64,000 bases of DNA, taken from Paragordius varius. Taxonomy: Eukaryota > Animalia > Nematomorpha. Location of the stretch: contig OZ176054.1 of the NCBI GenBank assembly GCA_964247055.1, positions 3,968,001-4,032,000 on the forward strand, read 5' to 3'. Numbering within the stretch: position 1 is the stretch's first letter; each line of letters starts with the position of its first letter. The notes under the pieces are model-generated. The model made no database searches, was not told the origin of the DNA, and saw only the letters and a program-made list of their open reading frames with translations. This document shows positions 1-13,394 of this stretch, piece by piece. The translations under genes and the position numbers were made by a program.

Positions 1-51
1 GATCTTAAACATAAATTTTACCCTAATTTTAATATTTATCATTTGGTTTAT

Positions 52-322
52 CGGGTGCCCAACGCGGCCTGCCGAGTATCTTTGTGCGGCCAGCTAAAAA
101 TTTAGAAATCCATAAAATCACAAAATCTTAGTAATTTTCATATTTCTTACGCAATTATAATAAATGAGTCTGTTAAATTTGTAACAAATTAAAAAAAATT
201 GTTATATTTTTGTATTTTACAGTATTACGTCTAATCGAAAAATTATTTATGAAATATATCGAACGGAACGCTGTGCTTTTTGAGTAATGCGGCCCGCAAA
301 GCCTATTGGTTAGACACCACTG
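52..322. mobile_element. hAT-type MITE (CAGGGGTG(C/T)CCAAC-like terminal family)
   Basis: Starts cgggtgcccaacgcggcc, ends ggttagacaccactg; similar ends and gcggcccgc subterminal motifs recur at 5125, 20021, 26280, 48918, 58390. No convincing TSD. Confidence 0.55.
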
Positions 323-678
323 TTTTAGTCAAATATCTTTTTACTTAATATTTTTAAATTTATCGAAAAAATTTTTTGTTTAGAATTTTTTTCCGACAGT
401 ATTCTAATGGAAAAACTTGAAATGTTTAAAAACTGTTTTGAAGCGTTCGGCAAATATTAATGCGAACCATCAATAAAAAATATTATCTTAAAAACATCTC
501 AAATTCCAAAAATATAACTTTTAAAGAATAAGTCATTAATGATTGTGCACTGGAATATATTTAGAATTGTCATATAATAATTGTGTTTTTATAAAAAATA
601 ATATCCTAATATTACGCTGATAATGGTTAAAAGTTATTTTTATATCTTGTTTTGATATTTATCATCAAAAATAAAACC

Positions 679-888
679 GTTTTTATTGACTGGGAAAACG
701 TTTTTATTGATTGGGAAAATGTTTTTATTGACTGGGAAAATGTTTCGATTGACTGAGAAAACGTTTCGATTGACTGGGAAAATGTTTCGATTGACTGGGA
801 AAACGTTTCGATTGACTGGGAAAACGTTTTGATTGATTGGGAAAATGTTTCGATTGACTGGGAAAACGTTTATTTAGACTGGGAAATG
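679..888. repeat. 21-bp minisatellite, about 10 copies (gtttcgattgactgggaaaac)
   Basis: Head-to-tail near-identical units with no spacers; one unit has TGA in the IDWENVS frame. Confidence 0.9.
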
Positions 889-899
889 GTATATATCCT

Positions 900-919
900 T
901 ATATATATATATATATATA
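900..919. repeat. (TA)n microsatellite; others near 12920, 17915-17950, 22123-22152, 27404-27430, 27882-27910, 58035-58062
   Basis: Directly visible dinucleotide runs. Confidence 0.9.
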
Positions 920-3075
920 CGATTATATACAATTTAATTATATGTCGTTCTAAAATAGAATCAAAATGGAGTCTCACTTTTATTAACGTCCTCAATAACA
1001 TTCATTCTATGTCCTCTCCAGGTAAAATACCATAATATAAAATTGTAATTCATTTTGTTTAATTTTAATAAATTTTTAACAATTTGAGATATAAACTTTT
1101 TAATAATAACAATTATAAAAAAGAAATATATGATTATGGATCGATATCTTCGCGTTATTTTTAGTTGTGATATGTAATATTTAATAAAATTTGATTAAAC
1201 GTTAATTAATACGTCGCAATTCAAATCTAATTTAATTGTTTTGATATTCATTTATTATTTTGAATTACCTTAATTTTATTTTATTAATTAACCCTTAAAA
1301 ATATAGAGTGAAAAGCATCTAAAAACTAGAAGTATTGTAAAATATATATACAGTCCTCATAAAATGAAATCAATCTGATTCCAAAAAAATTTACATGAAT
1401 CACCAGAACCTTTAGGAGTTGAGATTTATAATTTTAAATTTGATTAAATACCGAAATTCACAAATTTAGCATATTGTTTTATATATTTTTTTCAAATAAA
1501 TTATTTGCCAATATATTTTGCATTATTGTCATTTGATATCCAAAAGCCTCGAGTTTTAAAACCCTGTAAAATGGGTGCAAGTTATTTTGTTTTAAACACT
1601 CATTTAAAAACGTAAAAAGGCGGGAGAAGTCCTATAAAATTTATTTAATGCTAGATTAGCACAAAAATTAATTATCTTTAAACGCATATTTTCCCTATAA
1701 AATCATTTAGTGAACTTTTATTATCACCATCATAGTAGGGCAAATTACTAAAAATATTATAATACTTTTTTCTAATAAATCAATACCACTAAATTTGTTG
1801 CAGCGCAGTATTTTAATTTATTTTTTTTGCCACCAAATTTTTATAAATTTGATATATTAGGCAACCAATATTAGCATTATTTCGATAACAAATTTTCTAA
1901 TTAAGTATTACAAAATTTTGAGAAGTAACTGGCAAAAATTGGTAATTTGAATAGTATTATATTGTTGTATTTTAGACAGATTTATGAAATTCAACGAAAT
2001 TAATACTTATATATTTTTCGAATTAAGACCGCGAAGTCATTAGTGTTGACAACCCCTGTTTCTAAATGCATATTTTTACGTATCATAAGTTTTTAATTCG
2101 ACACCCAATTATTTAAACCATTTATAAAATAACCGCTTGGGGACGTCCTTAAATTATTTAAGTTATTAAAAAATTAATGATATTAGTCTATTGAAACAAT
2201 CACAATGGAATGCACCTGCTTTGACTTGGTGCTATTTTTTTAGCACTATACAATCTATGAGTCAATTTCAATTATAAAGGTAAATAAACACACAAACTTT
2301 GATAATTAAATTTTAAAATAATTGAGGGGCCAAGTAGTAAAATAGCTTAAATTTAATTTGTAATACTGCATGACATTTTGGGGTAGTTTTGTACCCCGGG
2401 ACCATTTAATATTTAAATATTATAAAAAATATTTTTAGCATTGGGTTAAATAAAAAGATCGCTCTTTAGACCTTTAGGCGCATGATTGAAAGTTTTTTTA
2501 AAAACATTTTTTAAAAAAACCCACATCTCAAACCTTTTGTCCGCCATTTTTTTCTTTGATTTTTTTTAATCGTGAATACAAGCGGCAAATACATGTATAT
2601 TATGCTAAAATATAAATATCTAATTTGTAGTTTCAATTGATTCACCATCAAATTTTTCATATTCATTGATTTTAATGTCAGTCTTCGTTAATGTCATCCA
2701 CGAACAAAAAATGAAAATGTAATGAAGTGTTAAACAACGTTAAATAACTATGTATCAACATAAAATTAATATTAGCAATATAAAGAAAGATTAACAAGAT
2801 GGGTTATTATAGAAAGTAATAATGAAGATAAAATGAATGCATGGTTTAGTAAGTAGAGGTATTGTGCGAGCAGAGGTGTAGCTTGGAATTTCTAGCGCCC
2901 AGTCATGAATCCGTGATGGCGCCCCTCCCCTCCATGCGACTCCTTGCATTTTAAAAAATAATCAAAACCGTAGTCATGACCAATCATAAATGGGTGATTT
3001 TTTAAATATTATTAAAATAATAACTTTTAAATAGCATTTTTTAAAATCTGGTGCCCCTTTAACTATGGCCCTCTC

Positions 3076-4835
3076 TGTGTGTGAGTGTGGTGGGTTTGGG
3101 CGTTAAAAAAGGGTGTAAGATGTAAAATCTGGAATCCAAATCCAAAAAATAAAAAATATTAATCCAAAATTCAATAAAAAATTAATTCAAAAATGATTTA
3201 AAATTAAAGTGTATACAGATAGGAAAGGAAAATATGAATACAAGTGTGAATTAAATGGTATGTGATGCTGTGATGTTTTTGAAGTGAGTTTGAGGGATGA
3301 AAAAAAGATGGAGTCTGAGGTGTAGCAATTCAAAAATCCAATGGTATAAAAATTGGATCTAAAACCAATAATAATATAAAGAATCCAAATGTATTAAAAA
3401 GATTATGAATAAAATACGAATCGTGCATATAAAGGTGTAAGTAATATGAATTTTAAATGAGATGTGTAAGGATTTAACGTTAGAATAAGTATGAGGTGTG
3501 TGATTGTGTGGTTAAAGAAGAAACTATTGAGATAGAGATCAACCCAAATTTTTTGAATTAGGGAAAGTTCAATAAATGAATCCTAGTAAGATGAATGATG
3601 TAACGTAAATGTATAAATGTGATGTGATCTAAGGTATAGGTTAATAGCATTGAAGAATCTAACAATGCGTGAAATGAAAAAGTATAAAGAATCCAAAATG
3701 TAAATATTATAATATTTAAGATTGGGAATCAAAATAAGTAAAGGTGTAGCTGCAGTATAAATAAGATGTATTTGTGTGTGTAATAGAGTTTGAGGTGGGA
3801 GTGACATGTGTGATGAGTTTGAGGATGGAAGAGTAAAACAAGTGGACGCGAATCGAAATTGAAAGGAAAACCTAAAATATATTTAAAGAAATTTATATGT
3901 GCCACAAATAATCATTCCACCCCATTCCTCGGCGGGGAAAGCCGATTTAAACTCAGGATTTCATATTCATTATACACTTCAAACCAATATCTCCCAGTCC
4001 AGAAATATCAATGAATGAAAGTCAAAATTAATTTTCAGATTAAGTTATTTTACAGGATACACAAAACCAAAACCCAATAATCCTACATCCTTAAACTCAT
4101 CACACTTCTACTATCATCTCTAACTCTATCCCTCCAAGCACATCTTCTTTATGCTATCTTTACACATTTCCTAATTTCATTTCTAATATTTTTAGCATAT
4201 TTTATTGTTTATACATTTTTTAGATTATTTATTTCATTCCTTGCATTTTTGGATTCTTCAATATTACATCTCACACTACCTTCACCTCATTTAACAAACA
4301 TATTAATTAACTACATCCTCAATAACATTTATACATCGTTAATTCAACATTTTCAGATTTATTTTTTATTTAATTTATTTGATTTTATGACATTTAAATT
4401 TTTAACATCTCAAACTCAACATGTTTCTTCTTTTACCACATATTACCTTACAGTTGTTATTTATATTCACCCTTACACATCTCATGTACGATTCATCATT
4501 ACTTAACATCTTGATATACACCATTTGTCATTTAGATTTTATCTTTATATATTTGGATTTTAATATTTTTATTAGTTTTTAGATCCCATTTTTAAATGAT
4601 TAAATTTTTGATTTCTTTATTCCTTAGAGTCACTTTAAAGACTTCACAAAATCACATACCATCTACATCACACTTTTATTCATTCATATTTCTATATCAC
4701 TTACTCTTATTGTTTTTATATCATTTTTTGAATTTTTTGAATTTTGGATTACTAATTTTTATTTTTTGGATTTGGATTCCATTATCTACAATTTACTCTC
4801 ACACTTAAGCTCCAAACACACATGTCACTCACACA
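3076..4835. mobile_element. Foldback-like element: two diverged, internally repetitive inverted arms of about 750 bp around a spacer of about 250 bp
   Basis: Left ggaatccaaatccaaaaaataaaaa mirrors right ttttattttttggatttggattcc; gagatgtgtaagg mirrors ccttacacatctc; left arm C-poor, right arm G-poor. Ends approximate. Confidence 0.65.
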
Positions 4836-5124
4836 ACACCCTTTTCTGCTAAACCATGCATTCATTTTAATGCATACTTATTTAAAATTTTATTGATAAA
4901 GTCTGGGTGTCTATTTGGTGCTATAGTTGAAGGTTGACTTATATTTGTATCAACTAATAAGAAATAACTGGATAAGTCAAAGCGCTTGTCATATACATAG
5001 ATTGTTTCAGTCACCATAATGTATAATAAATTTCTAAACGCCTTATATAATTTCAGGGTTTCCCAAGTGGTTATTGTATAAATCGTTTAAATAAATGAAC
5101 ATCGATATAATGTGATAAATATAA

Positions 5125-5422
5125 TAGGGGTGCCCAACAAGTATGACTTTGAGGCTCGCATTCAAAATATATGAACCCTAAAATATTTTTTATTAGATTT
5201 TAAACATAAAACTGTAAAAATATTACGAACACATGAAAAAGTGGTTTATTTCAACAATTTTTGCTAGTTCGTTGCCAAAATTTAATGGACTTATCAAAAA
5301 CGGTTTAAGAAATATTAATTTTATTAAAAATGTTCATATTTTTATGAATTATGGAATTTTTATTAATGTCTCAAATAATTTTTGTGGGCACATAATATCT
5401 CGTACGAAGTTGTACACCCCTG
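5125..5422. mobile_element. hAT-type MITE
   Basis: TIRs taggggtgcccaac / gttgtacacccctg. Confidence 0.6.
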
Positions 5423-7177
5423 ATTTCGCGTACATGAGTCCAACCCCTCTAAGCACCATGCTTTATTAAAAAATTAGAATGGTCAATAGAATGGATGTGT
5501 TATAAGATTTTATTTAATACACTAACATCGCCCCGGAACTTTCCTCTCATTTTAAGCTATGGTCAAACCTCTCAAAAAAATTATAAATATTCGTTTTATT
5601 GATTTAAAATTATTTGTAATAAATATCTAATGATGAATATAAAAATCAAATTTATAATCATATCGTTAAAATGCAATTTTACATTTTCCTATATGTTAAA
5701 TGTAATTATTGTATTAGTTGGAGAGAAATGTTAGATAATTGGTTATATTTTTATTAAAAAAATGGTGTTGCACAAAAAGTCTCTCAAAGGTTTATTTCGC
5801 ACAAAATTGGTAAAAAAGGGTCAACTGACAAAAGAGTCGGACATGACTGTATATTGTTACTTTATTGGAATATATTTGCTGTTCGATACTCCCAATATTA
5901 AATTCCTTTTTTTTGTCGTTCTTTCCTATATAGTTTAACATCCATATTACCGCAAACATAATTCTTATCAACTTTATACTTAGTTGTAACACAACCCATA
6001 CTTATAATTTTCATAATATTTTCGGATTTTTTGCCCAACTTCGGTGCCACCTTATGGCCTATATTGCACAAAATATAAGTTTTTATAGTTCAAATTTATC
6101 ATAATATATATTTTTGATTCAAAAACAATCTGAACTTAATTTTGCATATCGTATTTCCCCATAAAAAACTTAATTAAATCCATATTTTTATAATAAAATA
6201 AAATTTTATTCAAAATTAAAAAAGGCTATGCGATATATGGCAGATAATTATTTTGCATAGAATATATTGAATGGAACTCAGTGTTTATTATGTCGAAGAT
6301 AATAGTAGGAATTAGTCCATCATATATTTTGCGAAATCAGCATGTGAACAGATAGCAATAACGTGAAAATGTTTCCGAAACATGGAAAGTATAGGAAGGC
6401 AATAAGGGTCGACAATGGCTAATAGGAGCATAAATCTGTCATACCCTTTACTGGATAAATCATTGCTAAAATACTTGGTAAAATTTACCTTCGTTTTAAA
6501 AACATAAATTTTTATCTTTATGAAAGAATAAAAGGAAAATCAGAAAATTATTAATCACTTGATTTCTATTGGAGCCTATATATCAGTACGCTAATTTTCT
6601 TGTCAAAGGCCATAATTCCGATAAAATCATAGATGTTTGCATTTGCAGATATTTATACGCCAAAAAAATACATAAAAAATGCAATAAATGATTCTGGGAC
6701 ATAAAAAAGCACTTTTAGGGCCACCGTTTGAGCATCGCTGCTATATAATCCTAACTTGGCCCACAAAGTCATCCACCTCCCCGCGGTCGCGGTGTTGGCT
6801 GGGGCATGAAATGGCGCTAACGGCAAAGGCCAGTTTTTAAAAACCTGTAAAATCATTAGTTATAAACAAGGGGATGTGTTATCTAAAAAACGCCTCAGTT
6901 CATTACAAAGTATTAATATTATGAATATAACATCGTGAAACTTTGAATTCGGAGTTCCACATTTATGATGATATATTCAAAACATATAATTTAAAAAGGG
7001 TTTGGGGAGCAAGTTATATGTGGGATATGTTAATCGGATTCCATATTTTAGCATTACCATATTGCATAATATATCATGGTGTAAAAAAAAATTAATTACT
7101 TTCTATCCTTAAATCAGATCAAAAGCGTATATAGTATATATATGTTTTATAATTTTATTTTTTCATAATCTCTTAGA

Positions 7178-7259
7178 GCGGTCGTGGCCGAGTGGTTAAG
7201 GCGACTGACTAGAAATCAGTTGGGATTTTCCCGCATAGGTTCGAATCCTATCGACCGCG
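7178..7259 (+). tRNA. tRNA-Ser(AGA), 82 nt, long variable arm
   Basis: Acceptor GCGGTCG/CGACCGC plus G discriminator; D arm tggccgagtggttaagg; anticodon stem actga/tcagt with loop CT-AGA-AA; T loop ggttcgaatcc. Confidence 0.95.
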
Positions 7260-7266
7260 TTTTTTT
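7260..7266 (+). terminator. Pol III oligo-T terminator of tRNA-Ser
   Basis: T7 run immediately after the discriminator base. Confidence 0.8.
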
Positions 7267-7479
7267 ATTTTTGTACACAAAATTTCAGATAAATTAATTT
7301 TTAAAGCACAAATTTATCATTACAGTGATGATAGAAAAATTATAATTTTTATGAAAGAAATCAGTAAGCTGTCTCTTAACTATGTTATAGCTGGTCAAAT
7401 AAAAGAAATTGTTTATAAATGTTATGATCGACAAAATTATTTCGAACTGCATATATGAAAAGGATTGGCGTGTAAATTA

Positions 7480-7670
7480 CAGTATGAGTAAGTATACATA
7501 GCTCGAAATTATTATTTATGGCCAAATAGCGTATAAAACAAAGGGCAGTATTATTGGTTTATAGTTATTTTTTTCACGTTTCCTATTTTGGCCAATAATA
7601 ATTTTCTTTGCTGCATATGCTATTACGCAATAATTAATAACTTTCTAGCAATATATACTTACTCATACTG
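7480..7670. mobile_element. Tc1/mariner-type MITE (191 bp)
   Basis: 17-bp perfect TIR cagtatgagtaagtata / tatacttactcatactg, TA on both flanks, extra internal inverted segment. Confidence 0.8.
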
Positions 7671-8181
7671 TAATATAGGCTTAAATTGATGGATATTTAT
7701 AGTAGCAATATACAGTATACAACTTATTATAAAACATTGCCAGATAGCACTATTAATTTCTCAATGCGTAGGCAAGGAAAATTATTTATAGGTACACAGC
7801 AGTACTGAGGTTGATGGCCTTTATAATTAACATTTATTAAAAATGTAGCTTAGTGCGATATTGGGTTATTTTAAAAGAAATATGACATTTTAATGATATA
7901 ATTTTTTACATATAAATTGAATTTATACTATGTTAATGGGGATTTTATTGAAACTATTTAATGATTGATTTTGATATAATTTTAATTTCTTTTCGTAAAT
8001 ATGGAATAAAGAGGATGTTGTAAATATTTTTTAAGGGTTATAGATCAAAACCAATAAGTGATTTGTTTTTCTAATATAAATGATTTTGATATATTTTTAA
8101 ATTTTTTACTTAAATGTTGGATTAAATAGGATATTTAAATATTTTTAAGGGGTATCGATTAATGCCAATAACTTTTCGTAA

Positions 8182-8769
8182 TCTATATATTTATAAAAAT
8201 GGAAAATGCTGGCTTTGTGATCTGGTACAGGAAAACCAGTGGAGCCATTCAAATCCAAACTTCGAAAAAATATAATCCTTAATGAATACCCCAACAATAG
8301 CTTCGCCCTTTTTTTGAAATAAGCCCTTAGTTCGGGCCCACCCCGTGTGAAAAACGGGTTTTTGAAAACAGAAGTCCACAAAAATTGTGTCTTTGAGACA
8401 ATTTTCTGGAGAACGTGTTGGTCCATTCAATTTCAAATATGATTTTTGTTTACTTATTTTCGATTGCGCCGAACATAGTCGTCTCGCTTTTTTAATTTAG
8501 GCCCTCTTTTTACCCGCTCCCCACGTAAAATGCCATTTTTTAAAAAGTCCACAAAAATAATTTTTTAAATCTATTTTTCCCCCAATTAAACAATATATTA
8601 GTATGAATGCTCCGTTTTAAAATTCCTATAAAATCATATCTATTAAATAATGTTTCGAAATAATCCACATATGTGGATCATTTTATTGTCCCGTTTTTCC
8701 AATAGCCCTCTTCCCCCAGAAGTCCGAAGGACTTCCTCGGGCTGCGTAGCAGCACGAGATTTACGCTAG
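8182..8769 (+). mobile_element. Complete short non-autonomous Helitron (588 bp)
   Basis: Between A8181 and T8770; 5' TCTATATATTTATAAAAATGG; 3' hairpins gaagtcc-gaa-ggacttc (8719-8735) and gctgc-gta-gcagc (8741-8753), then CTAG; related copies at 32943, 36008, 39738. Confidence 0.8.
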
Positions 8770-9199
8770 TTTACTTATATTTGTGAGTTTTTACAAAATT
8801 GGAAGATTAAATTATATATTTGAATATATGCATCTCTAATTGGTAAATTAATTAATTTACTTAAAATTAATTGATTGTTTAAAGTTCTCATTTATAATTG
8901 TTCAATATATAATAACTTCACATTATCCTTAATTATTTTTTAAAAATGTCAACTAGGATATTTTTTAGAATTAAAGATGCAGCTATTTCAGAACAAATAT
9001 AATATATATTTTCAAATAATTTATCAATGCAAATATATGATTACTTCAAAAAATATTACAGTTTTTAATTATTAATGAGAAAAACAATATATTTATAAAT
9101 TATATTTTTACTAAAATTGGATAATAAAGGGTTTGGAATATAGGATGTTTTTGAGAGTGCCAGTAGGAGCCGATAACTACTTGGGATTGTTATATTTAC

Positions 9200-11365
9200 C
9201 TCTGTATTATGGACATGCGGCGAAGTGAACGTGATATTTCCGGTAGCTTTGACCTTGGTAAAAGAAATCATCGTGGTGACAAATTTATAGAATTTTGTGT
9301 GGACCACGAACTCGCTATTACCAACACATTCTTTGATGTTCACCTCAGGATATACTTGGGTTTCCGCAAAAAACACCCATTTCCAAATTGACCATCCTTA
9401 TTCAACAAAAATGGATAAATGCATCATAGGAGCTAAAACCTTCCCAGGACTTAATAGGCTCCGATCATAACCGTTGATTAAACTTGGTTTAAGTTAAACA
9501 ATTACCCTACAAGCGCTTATACTTTTCCAGTGTGACTAATGATTAACATCCCAATAAAATTTTATGCATCGCGATCACAACATAGATAATCTGGAAAGAC
9601 TACTGGCTTCGGACCAAACAGTAATCACTAAAATAATTCCCCAACATTACCTAATTCAACGAAAACATGCCATTAATTCGAGAATCTCGTACGATTCGAT
9701 TGTTTTAGCCAACAAACGCAGATTGGCCAAAATCAACAATAATATTACTGAATACCGTATTTAAATTTGCAATTCAAAAGGCAATCCAGAAACAACATCA
9801 ATGCACACTATCTTGTGATTGTAAAGAATTAGAACTTGCTAATGCCAAAGGCCAAAATATACCAAAAATTTTATTTGCTAGTTCCTCATAACTCCCTCAA
9901 CTTGGGGAGCATCAGCAATCCCGACAACATAATATTATTCAAAAAACATGATTAAATTAGACGTTGGAAAGAATTCGATTCCACATTCGTATAATCTCCC
10001 TTATCTGATTGCTTCTGAACTCGATCCCCCCAATTTTAATGGACGAAGTTCTTCCTCTAATTTCCTAGGTTACAACCTACCAATTTCGGTATTAAATTTC
10101 TATTAATGTTTAACAAATCTTTTGAAAAATGTTTTTGAATTCCACATGTTGCCTGACGACTAGGTCAAATCGTATCTCCTATTGTTCTTCAAAAAAGGCA
10201 ACCCTCATCTCTGTCAGAACTACCGACTGATCGCGATTACCAACAAACTATCCAAACTCCTCAAGAAAATATTCAAAACTTTCATCCACACTTGATTATA
10301 AAATTTCTGTTGTGCAAGATGGCTCTATATTAAAGCGAAACACTACAAACCATATAGTCAATATTTATAATATAATTCAAATATACAATGAATTCGGTAA
10401 AATTTTACTGTTGTTTTTTGGACTTGAGTAAGACATTTGACATAATCAACCAGTGTCTCTGGAAGATTTTACAATCTTCCTGAGTTTCCTCCCACATAAT
10501 ACTTTTATTTTCGTTGTATTAGCAAACAGCTGCGATAAAAACAGGTTCCCTATCCTCAGAGGTGTAGGATAAGGATGTGTCCTTTCTCCATTTCTATTCG
10601 ACTTATACACAGAAACTTTAATTCGCAAATGTGAATTTCCTCTTGGAGTGTGCATTGGTGGTCTTGCTGTATACAATCTCTGATACTCCGATGATACGGT
10701 TCTCTCGACTAAATCTCATCCGGACATGGTTTACCTCTTAAATAGACTTACAGTCGAAGCAACTTTGATGGGTTTGAAGCTTAACCTATCTAAATCTAAA
10801 CTAATGCTCCTCAACGTCCCCAGATACCAATATCACTCAATATCTCCTCTCTCGGCTTAACCGATCAATGCAAGTATTAAAGTTTAATGATTGCATCTGA
10901 CGGCTCAGATCCTGACATACGAGCACGGCTTGCATTAGGGCGCGCTACCATGGGCCAGCTGTTTAGAATTTGGGTATTAATTCCACCGACCAAAGCCGCA
11001 TCAACTCATTTCAAATGTGGTTCCGGAAAATTTAGGGTATTACCTGAGCCCACGTCTCCAATTCATATATATTATATTTCCTTAAACCAGAATATTTTCT
11101 AGATCTGGTGATATGCAAGCAATTAAAATATCTAGGCCACATTTTAGATCCGATCCCCTGGGAAAAAACATTGTCCTTGGATGGTTTTATGGGAGTCGCA
11201 AAAAGGCCGCCCTAATAAGCTGTTTCTCGATATCATTAAATCAGTTATAAACCTTAGCCTCTCCCAAATAATTTGAAAGTCCAAAATCGTCTGGAATGGA
11301 AAACGCTTATTTATGAGAAAATTAAGAGTCGCTACGCGACTAGCTTCCAAACAATAAGGACCGAA
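9200..11365 (+). mobile_element. Degenerate RTE-clade LINE (APE endonuclease and reverse transcriptase remnants)
   Basis: Across frameshifts: GSFDLGKRNHRGDKFIEFC..ITNTFF and GSDH (APE); KKGNPHLCQNYRLIA, FLDLSKTFD, YSDDTVL..GLKLNLSKSK, DIRARLALGRATM, LKYLGHI, VQNRLEWK (RT and C-terminus). Confidence 0.85.
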
Positions 11366-13394
11366 AAGGTTTTTTTATTTTTACAATGTCAACAACATTT
11401 TGGAATATTGAACTCATTATCTTTATTAAACTTTTTCGAAACCAAAATTAACAATGCAATTATATATGTTATTATTTAAATTGCAAATGTAAGTTTTTTG
11501 ACAAATTAAAATATTGGCAATATAACCAATATATATCATTTTCTATATTTAAAAAGCAAAACAATAATTTATAAAATTTTATTTTAGATGTGGGCTTCTA
11601 AGGTCTCAAACTCTGGCGTTCTCAAATAAGCTAGTTTTGTTTAAATAAACGGAAGAATGCCAAAAGTAAGAATTTCAATATATAGTATATTTGAAAATAT
11701 TAATTAGCAAAAATTCATAAGAAATTGATTTTTAGCGAAATTTTGATAAACCGTATTTTATTATGCTTTGAGGTCAAATAATAAATATTTCTTGGATCAA
11801 TTTGGAAGGACAAATACTAAAATATCGGAACATTTATTTTACATAAGACCCCCGGTGATGCCTCTCAGAACATAGAGTAAATACGACGATAATAAATATA
11901 CAAAAATATTAGCTTAAATGGCTCACACTAACAAACGACATATACATCGGACGTTAGAACAATGATGGTGGATTACTAAAAACTTTAATCTGGTTTATTT
12001 AGTACTACCATGCATCAGTGTAAACAAATATTCAATGATCATCAAACACATTATACAGATTTTCTACTTAATATTGTCAACGAGAACGAATATTTTATGT
12101 TAAGTAATAATTCAATTCTCGTGAAATTTATTATATATCCAAAATTGATACATAGTAATATCTTTTTCGATGGATACATAAAACAAAAGAAATAATATTG
12201 AAAAAAAAAATTAAATAAAATTATAAAATATTAAAGAAGATATTACCACGTAACGATAATTTTGGATATCGTTTAATTTAATAAATTTACGAGAATTCAA
12301 TTCTTTAATACTTAGATTTACATTTCAACTAACTCAGAAAAATATTTGCATGTTTATCGCGTAACAAAATATATTATTTATAATAAATTTAATCTTCTGT
12401 TTATTGCTTTCAATATAATATATCTATCGTACTCATTGATTGGTCGATTTCATCTGAACGTGAATATGCATTTTTAAGGTCAGACCTGTTATTTCGGCCT
12501 GTAAATAACCCAACTCTAGATATATTTGGTTTATCTAATTCTACAACAATTAATTAGACAAGGGTGAGATTCTTAAAAGTAATCATTTTTCAATTATGTT
12601 TGGAAATCTAATGTGTAATGAAAGATATCGAAAATATAATAGTTAATGTTTGGAAAACGGTTAAATAATAATGATTACACAAAACATTGATATCATTTTT
12701 ATTTCACTGCTTTTTATTTGGTGGATGATTGATCACTTTTCGCTCTAATTATATGATATTGTTAAAGCTATTTCCATTTTGAATTTTACAAATTTCAAAA
12801 GGAGATATAATTTTATTCATCGAAATAGTCCAAAATGCTGCCCTTTTCTCGGATTTTGGGAAAATTTCGAAATTTAGTAATTCACGTCGGCTTTAACTAA
12901 AACTTATAACACCAACTTTATATATATATATATATATATTCTCAAATTTTTTTAGACAATTACGATAGTTTACAAATATAAATACATAGGTAGTTTAAAA
13001 TAATTCAAGCGTTTCTCAGTAAATTTTTATAGCTTATTTACAAATTGGTTATTTCTGACTTATAAAGTCCAAAGCAAATATCTAATCTTAAAAATATTTT
13101 TGAATTAAAAATTTGAATTATTCGTCTAAAAGTTTTAAAAATTATAAACTCCAACCTAAAAATATTTATTTTAATGGCCAATTAAATATTAATGGATAAA
13201 AACTTGAAAATGAGTAAGAAATGCAACTGTCAAAAAAATCATTTTTGGGAGCTTTATTAATACTAAATACAGTATACATGTATAATTAAAATTAAGTATT
13301 GCCATTTTTCATAATTTAAAATAAAATTATCACATAATTTTGATTGCTTTTGCAATATAATTAAAAATTGATAATTTGTCGGTACACCTGTAAT

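Noticed and set aside
679-888. CRISPR-like array or IDWENVS heptapeptide protein (ORF 829-1035)
   Set aside because: Units are contiguous with no unique spacers, no cas genes, eukaryotic context; one unit has an in-frame TGA and the ORF runs into a TA microsatellite.
3583-4808. ORFs 3583-3807, 4249-4506, 4596-4808 as membrane proteins
   Set aside because: By-products of the skewed composition of the foldback arms.
6653-6856. 67-aa GC-rich ORF
   Set aside because: Overlaps a hAT-like terminal sequence (6705-6740); no recognisable motif.
8145-8436. Recurrent ORF family MKLNGPTR/MKSNGPTR (also 32759-33190, 35804-36007, 33949-35558)
   Set aside because: All lie within Helitron copies; frames and stops are not conserved between copies, so the similarity is at DNA level.
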